From positions 336,908,001 to 336,972,000 of the forward strand of contig OZ024740.1 in assembly GCA_964016885.1 (NCBI GenBank): a DNA stretch of 64,000 nucleotides, given 5' to 3'. Positions 59,101 through 64,000 of the stretch are shown here, piece after piece; the stretch's first letter is position 1, and each line of letters begins with the position of its first letter. The DNA is from Eledone cirrhosa. Taxonomy: Eukaryota. Position numbers and translations under genes: made by a program. The notes under the pieces are model-generated. The model was not told the DNA's origin. It searched no databases and worked only from the letters and a program-made list of their open reading frames with translations.

Positions 59101-59979
59101 GATGTGTGTATTACCTGCTTGTGTGTTTTTTTAAATTTGTAATAAACATTGTGTTTATTTGTATGCATAATCACATAAAACAGAAATCTATAAAGAATAA
59201 ATTTCCTATTCTTCATATATTTGTAGATTTGTGTTTAGTCCATAAAAATCTGTATTGTGTCGCTATAATCTCCCTCTCGGTTTCGATCCAGAGTCAGTCA
59301 TTGACGACAAAATTTTAAAATATCGTCATGCTAGGAGGACCTTTCGTCATAAGTGGTAGATGGAATATAAACATTAAATCCAACATTCTCCGATGTGTGT
59401 GCATCACAGAGATTGTAGAACCCATATCGAGCAAGGCCACTTCCTTGATGGGTTTGGAGTCCTGTCTTCTTTCCTACTTATTAAAAATTGGGTTTTTGCT
59501 AAGTTTACTCTGAGCTCGTTTGATTCCAAGTTCCGAACTATTCCTAACGTATGAAATCTTTATATATACACACGAATGACAGACCCCATGGTTGCTAAGA
59601 TAAGATATAGACCTTCTGTTAGTTTCTCTTTTATCATTATCACCATAGGATAGATATATCCTACAATACTCAGGACAGGAATCATTACACATTACTATCT
59701 CTCCGACCAGTGCCGGATTTACTATTGTGCTTAGGTGTGCTTAAGCACATGGCCTTGTTGCATTTTTCTAAATCCATCTAAAAAATATCCTGATTATATT
59801 AAAATAATTATTAAAACAATAGCTATTCTACTCATTAGGAATATAGTCACGAAAGGTTAAACTCCCTCACCTTATTCTTACCTACTATCTAAATAAGATG
59901 CTACTCTCACAAAGAGTATTATCTTGTCCCTGTTTGTACCCACCAATCTTATGGATCTACTTCTGTTGTGCTACCAACC

Positions 59980-60710
59980 ACCCTTGAAAGCCACCTGAGT
60001 ACCTGCTTCCACTCTCTCCCCTTCACATCCTGGATGGTTGTCCTCTCATGTCACTCCCAGAACCTGCTTTCCTTCCCTCATTGAATTATGATCTTTTCAG
60101 GCCACACCCACCCTGCACATGCTCTCTCCTTCTTGCCCTGAATGATGGTCCTTTCAGGCAACCTCCATGATCTAGTATCTGCTTTCATTCCGTCACTCAA
60201 TAAGTGATGGTTCTCTCAGGCCACCTCCCACATCATGAGACCTGCTCTCCCTCCAGCAGCTTCGTTCCACTGGGAACTCCTGGCACTTCTTCATCCAGCG
60301 ATTATCACCCATACACATCACGTTCATATCAGTGCAATCTTGTACACTATAGCTGATTCCTCTTATACCCAATTTTTTCTCAACTCATCCATACTTTACC
60401 ATTCATGCACATTAACATCATATGTCCATTGGAGCATTCTTGCTTCATTTCTCTCCAGCCTTTGCATGTCCTCTGTATTCACTGGTCATTGTAGAGAAAA
60501 AACTATGTTGTAACACCCTAAATTATTTCCAATCTGTTCTTATTCTAGCTACTTTGCTTTCATAGCATCCTCCTTCACAACTAGATTACAGAAACTATAA
60601 ACAACTTATATGGAACCTTCTTGCAATTGGAAAAAGTTATTTTCACTGGGGCTCTTACTACAATCCCACTATACCTCTTGTGTACCTAAGTTTTATATTG
60701 CGTACATCTG
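59980..60710 (-). mobile_element. Degenerate RTE fragment with an approximately 60-bp tandem repeat at its 3' side
   Basis: MQRLERNEARMLQW-like segment on minus; units starting (C/T)(C/A)TGCT near 60002, 60063, 60118, 60178, 60241. Confidence 0.6.
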
Positions 60711-61143
60711 GAGGAGAAGAATGTGAAAGTTGAAGGACCCCACAGCCAGTACAAATTTAGAGCTTGATGCCTTTGACAGTAAATAGAGACATACAATATA
60801 GAGGAGCCATGGAATTCCTGAAAAACACTACAGGTGTCAAACAAAATCTTCAGACCAGTAGAGGAGAGAGAGAAGGAGTGTTTGAGGACTCTTCCCCCTC
60901 CATGCCCCTCTAAGGAATAAGTGGGCGAAGAAGAAGAAAAAAGAACAATAATGATTTTTGTAAATCTCTAAATTCTTGATTAATTAATTAAAATACTGTG
61001 TATTTCATTAGAAATAGGGTCATAAAAGGGTTAAACAAAGATAGTAACGATGGTACATCTTTTGTTGTATATAGTCGTTTATATATACATTTGCCATTGT
61101 ATAGGATCATATATAAATCTACTAGTTATATTTGTATTTTCAG

Positions 61144-61277
61144 TCTATGAACTTATATACAGTTACAAGCTGGAAGTTAGTGACTTACATGATCACTGGA
61201 TTGCTTTTCTCATAACAAAACAAATGGATTTGGTCACAAAACCTTCACTGAAATGGGCTTGTATACTGCAGAGAGAG
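61144..61277 (+). CDS. POLA2: POLA2-like exon 2
   Basis: TTTTCAG acceptor, GAG|GTAAAT donor; LYELIYSYKLEVSDLHDHWIAFLITKQMDLVTKPSLKWACILQRE; phase matches exons 1 and 3. Confidence 0.78.
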
Positions 61278-61592
61278 GTAAATATTTAACGTTGTTTAAT
61301 CCTTTTGATATCAAACTGCCTGAAACTGCCCTAGGTTTTATGATATAAAGTTGTTTATTTTAAAGTATTTATATTTATCTAAAGTTGTTTATTTGAAAGT
61401 ATTTATGTTTATCTAAAAACTTTCCATCATAATTTTATGTAAGAACCTTTGTTCATCAGCTTAATAATGAGAAAGTTATGTTATTAAATCCCTACAAATT
61501 CTTGATTATTTGAGAATCATAGGCAATGTCTTTCATTAGAAATATAATAATGAAAGGGTCAAAGAAAGCCATGTTTTATTATTAAATTCTGT

Positions 61593-61778
61593 TTAACCCT
61601 TTAGCATTTACATTACTCTATATTTACTATTGTATATTCGTGGTAAAGGCTTTATCTCACATAAAATCAAATCTATGAGACTTTGATATGATTTATTTAC
61701 CTTAATGTTGGATGAGCAGCCGGTTTGAACAGTAAGAGGTGAGAGAATTCTGGACAGTTTAAATGCTAAAGGGTTTAA
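61593..61778 (+). mobile_element. piggyBac-like MITE (family copy 3)
   Basis: TTAACCCTTTAGCATTTACA ... AATGCTAAAGGGTTTAA. Confidence 0.8.
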
Positions 61779-61806
61779 GCAAACATGTTTAATGATTCTA
61801 TGTATT

Positions 61807-61994
61807 GTGAATTGGCAGTATCGGTAGAGGGTCGGACGCCATGCTTTGACACATAGAGTTACGGCCCTTGCCATTCTGAGTTCAAATCCCGCCGAGGTTA
61901 ACTTTGCCTTTCATCCTTACGGGGGTCGATAAAATAAAGTACCAGTAATGTACTAGGTAATTGCTGGCCTTGTGCCAAAAGTAGAAACAATTAT
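61807..61994 (+). mobile_element. Near full-length tRNA-derived SINE
   Basis: TGGCAGTATCGG A box, GAGTTCAAATCC B box; reverse complement of 35691-35877. Confidence 0.85.
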
Positions 61995-62570
61995 TTCTGA
62001 CAATTCTATGTTTTATTATAATTGATAGTTATATTTCTTGTTAGTTGTTTCTATGTTATCGTGTCTCTTATTTTATCTCATATATCTTGCACAGAATACT
62101 AATTCAGAGTTATTGTTCTAGTTAGGTCAGATGAATGATATTTTGCTTGTTCATTCCAATTTTTGACGTGGTTTCTATGGCAGGATCCCTTTTCTAATAC
62201 CAACCATTTAATTATAGAGGTTGTCATATCCTTGACAAGACTAAAGAGACCAATCTCCCTTGTGCTCTGTTTCTGTTTGATGATCAACCATTTTACAGAA
62301 TATACTGGGTGAATTTTGTTGTGGCACCAACACTAAAGTAGTAATGTTGCTCCTCTGTGGCAAAAACTGTCATAGTGTGTAATTTCCATCAACCAAATTC
62401 ATTCACAAGACATTGATTGGCTCAAGGTTATAGTAGATTTCATGTATCTAAAGTGTGAACATGTGGGATAAAATCTGAAACCATGTAGTTGCAAAGTGAA
62501 CTTGTTAACCACACAGCCAAACATGATTTGGACCACTTGATAAATAACACAAACAATTTGTAAGATTGCA

Positions 62571-62767
62571 TTAACCCTTTAGCATTTAAACCAGCTGTAT
62601 CCGGTCAGAATTCTCTCACCCTTTCCGTTCAAACTGGCTGTAACTAACCACTCATACTGGTATTGTTCAAAATAAATAATATCAAAATCTCATAGATTTG
62701 ATATGTGGGATAAAGCTTTTACTGTGAAAATACAATAGTATATATAGAGTAATGTATAAAGGGTTAA
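62571..62767 (-). mobile_element. piggyBac-like MITE (family copy 4, inverted)
   Basis: TTAA-CCCTTT ... AAAGGG-TTAA; interior is the reverse complement of the 33237, 53377 and 61593 copies. Confidence 0.8.
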
Positions 62768-63407
62768 AGAAAGTGGAAAAATATTGATATGGACACAAAA
62801 TAATAATAGAAATTAATAAAAATAAATAAATTCATATGCTGTGGTGAGAGATTGGAGATTGCATGGAGCTGAGAGGCCTTTTTTAGTCAGCAGTAGATGG
62901 GACAATCTGATAGAATGCAGTCTGTATCCTCTGAAAAGTGGCTGACAAATGAACAAAGTATTGGTTAAAGAGAATCTTTTGGTCTTGAAGACTTGACAAC
63001 CTCTTGTGCTGGTGTCATGTTAAAACACATCTAGTATACACTATAAAGTGATTGATTGTTGAACAGGGATAGAGATGACTCTTCAGTTTGTTAGAGCACA
63101 TGACAATCTCTTTAGTGCTTGTGTCATTATAAAATGCACCCAGTGCACTCTGTAAAGTGATAATAATGGTGACATGATAAAATGCATTCAATACACTTTG
63201 TAAAATTGTTGGCATTATGAAGAGTATGTATGATAACTAGAGGCCATACCTCAATATGGAATGTGTTTATCTGATGATGATGTTGATGTTCTATCTATAA
63301 TATGTCAAATAATTATTAACTCCTGGTTGTTAAAACTCTTTAGCAGTTCTAACAGCTGAGAGCTACAAGTTTGAATTGAAACTAGACTATTATTCTTATG
63401 TCTACAG

Positions 63408-63496
63408 GTTCTTGCTAAGAAGACTACTAGTGTCAACAACAACAACAACAGCAGCAACATAACTGAACCTGTATCAATAGAGGACTCATCAGGATT
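63408..63496 (+). CDS. POLA2: POLA2-like exon 3, followed by a U12-type donor
   Basis: CTACAG acceptor; VLAKKTTSVNNNNNSSNITEPVSIEDSSG then TT|GTATCCTTT. Confidence 0.65.
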
Positions 63497-64000
63497 GTAT
63501 CCTTTTTCTCTATCTCATTCTCTCGGACTTAAAGTGGGTCTGATGCCAAGCATCAGTGGAGCAATGTTGTGGGGGACTAGTACTGTTGTATTGTATAGTA
63601 TAGGAGATTGTGGTACTATTACAATTTTCATGGAATTAATATTGTCTTTTTTTATTGTTTTAGTCAGAGGGAAACGTAGTACCCATGATCTTTTTCAGGA
63701 ATTTTAAGACTAGTAGAAGGGAGGGACTGCTAAAGGTACCCAAAGATCAGAAGTTAGTGTTAAACTGGGTGATAGATTAGGTCTAACACTGAAATAAGCC
63801 ACAGCAAAATTTAAATTCAGAATGCAAAGAGCTGAAATAAATACCACCTCCTTTATCATTCTAACGATTCTGCTCGTAACTGGTACTTTATTTATTAACA
63901 TGGCAGTTGTCTCCCTTGTAAACTACATTGCTACTTTCAGTAAACAGGCAAACGGACGGAAAGTATTCTCTGTTCTCGAAATAACCCCCCCCCCCCCCGC

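Overview
AT-rich eukaryotic genomic DNA, most likely a coleoid cephalopod (Octopus-like); this is inferred from the repeat types and huge TA/CA microsatellites, not from a database search. No prokaryotic systems, rRNA, tRNA genes or CRISPR arrays are evident. Host genes reconstructed by hand from splice signals and reading frame: (1) a complete 7-exon SQSTM1/p62 gene on the minus strand (46260-38543; 1458-nt CDS, 485 aa; PB1-ZZ-LIR-UBA); (2) the first three exons of a divergently transcribed POLA2-like gene (DNA polymerase alpha subunit B) on the plus strand (58096-63496), followed by a U12-type intron donor; (3) an isolated first coding exon on the minus strand (24256-24145) resembling an SREBP acidic N-terminus. 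The first 18.4 kb is a block of strand-polarised (TA)n/CA arrays totalling about 10 kb, interrupted by 5'-truncated retroelements (Penelope-like, two PHD-finger-containing RTEs, a CR1/L2-group LINE), mostly co-oriented on the minus strand. The rest is dense with tRNA-derived SINEs, RTE/CRE/Hero fragments, TTAA/TA/hAT-type MITEs and Helitron-like elements, plus an intact type I hammerhead ribozyme with a branched stem II. Best leads: an Asn at the p62 ZZ N-degron Asp that one A-to-I edit would restore; the polarised TA block (Pumilio-element-dense if transcribed); the PHD finger inside RTE reverse transcriptase; the hammerhead; and two twin-priming-type inversions in RTE elements.
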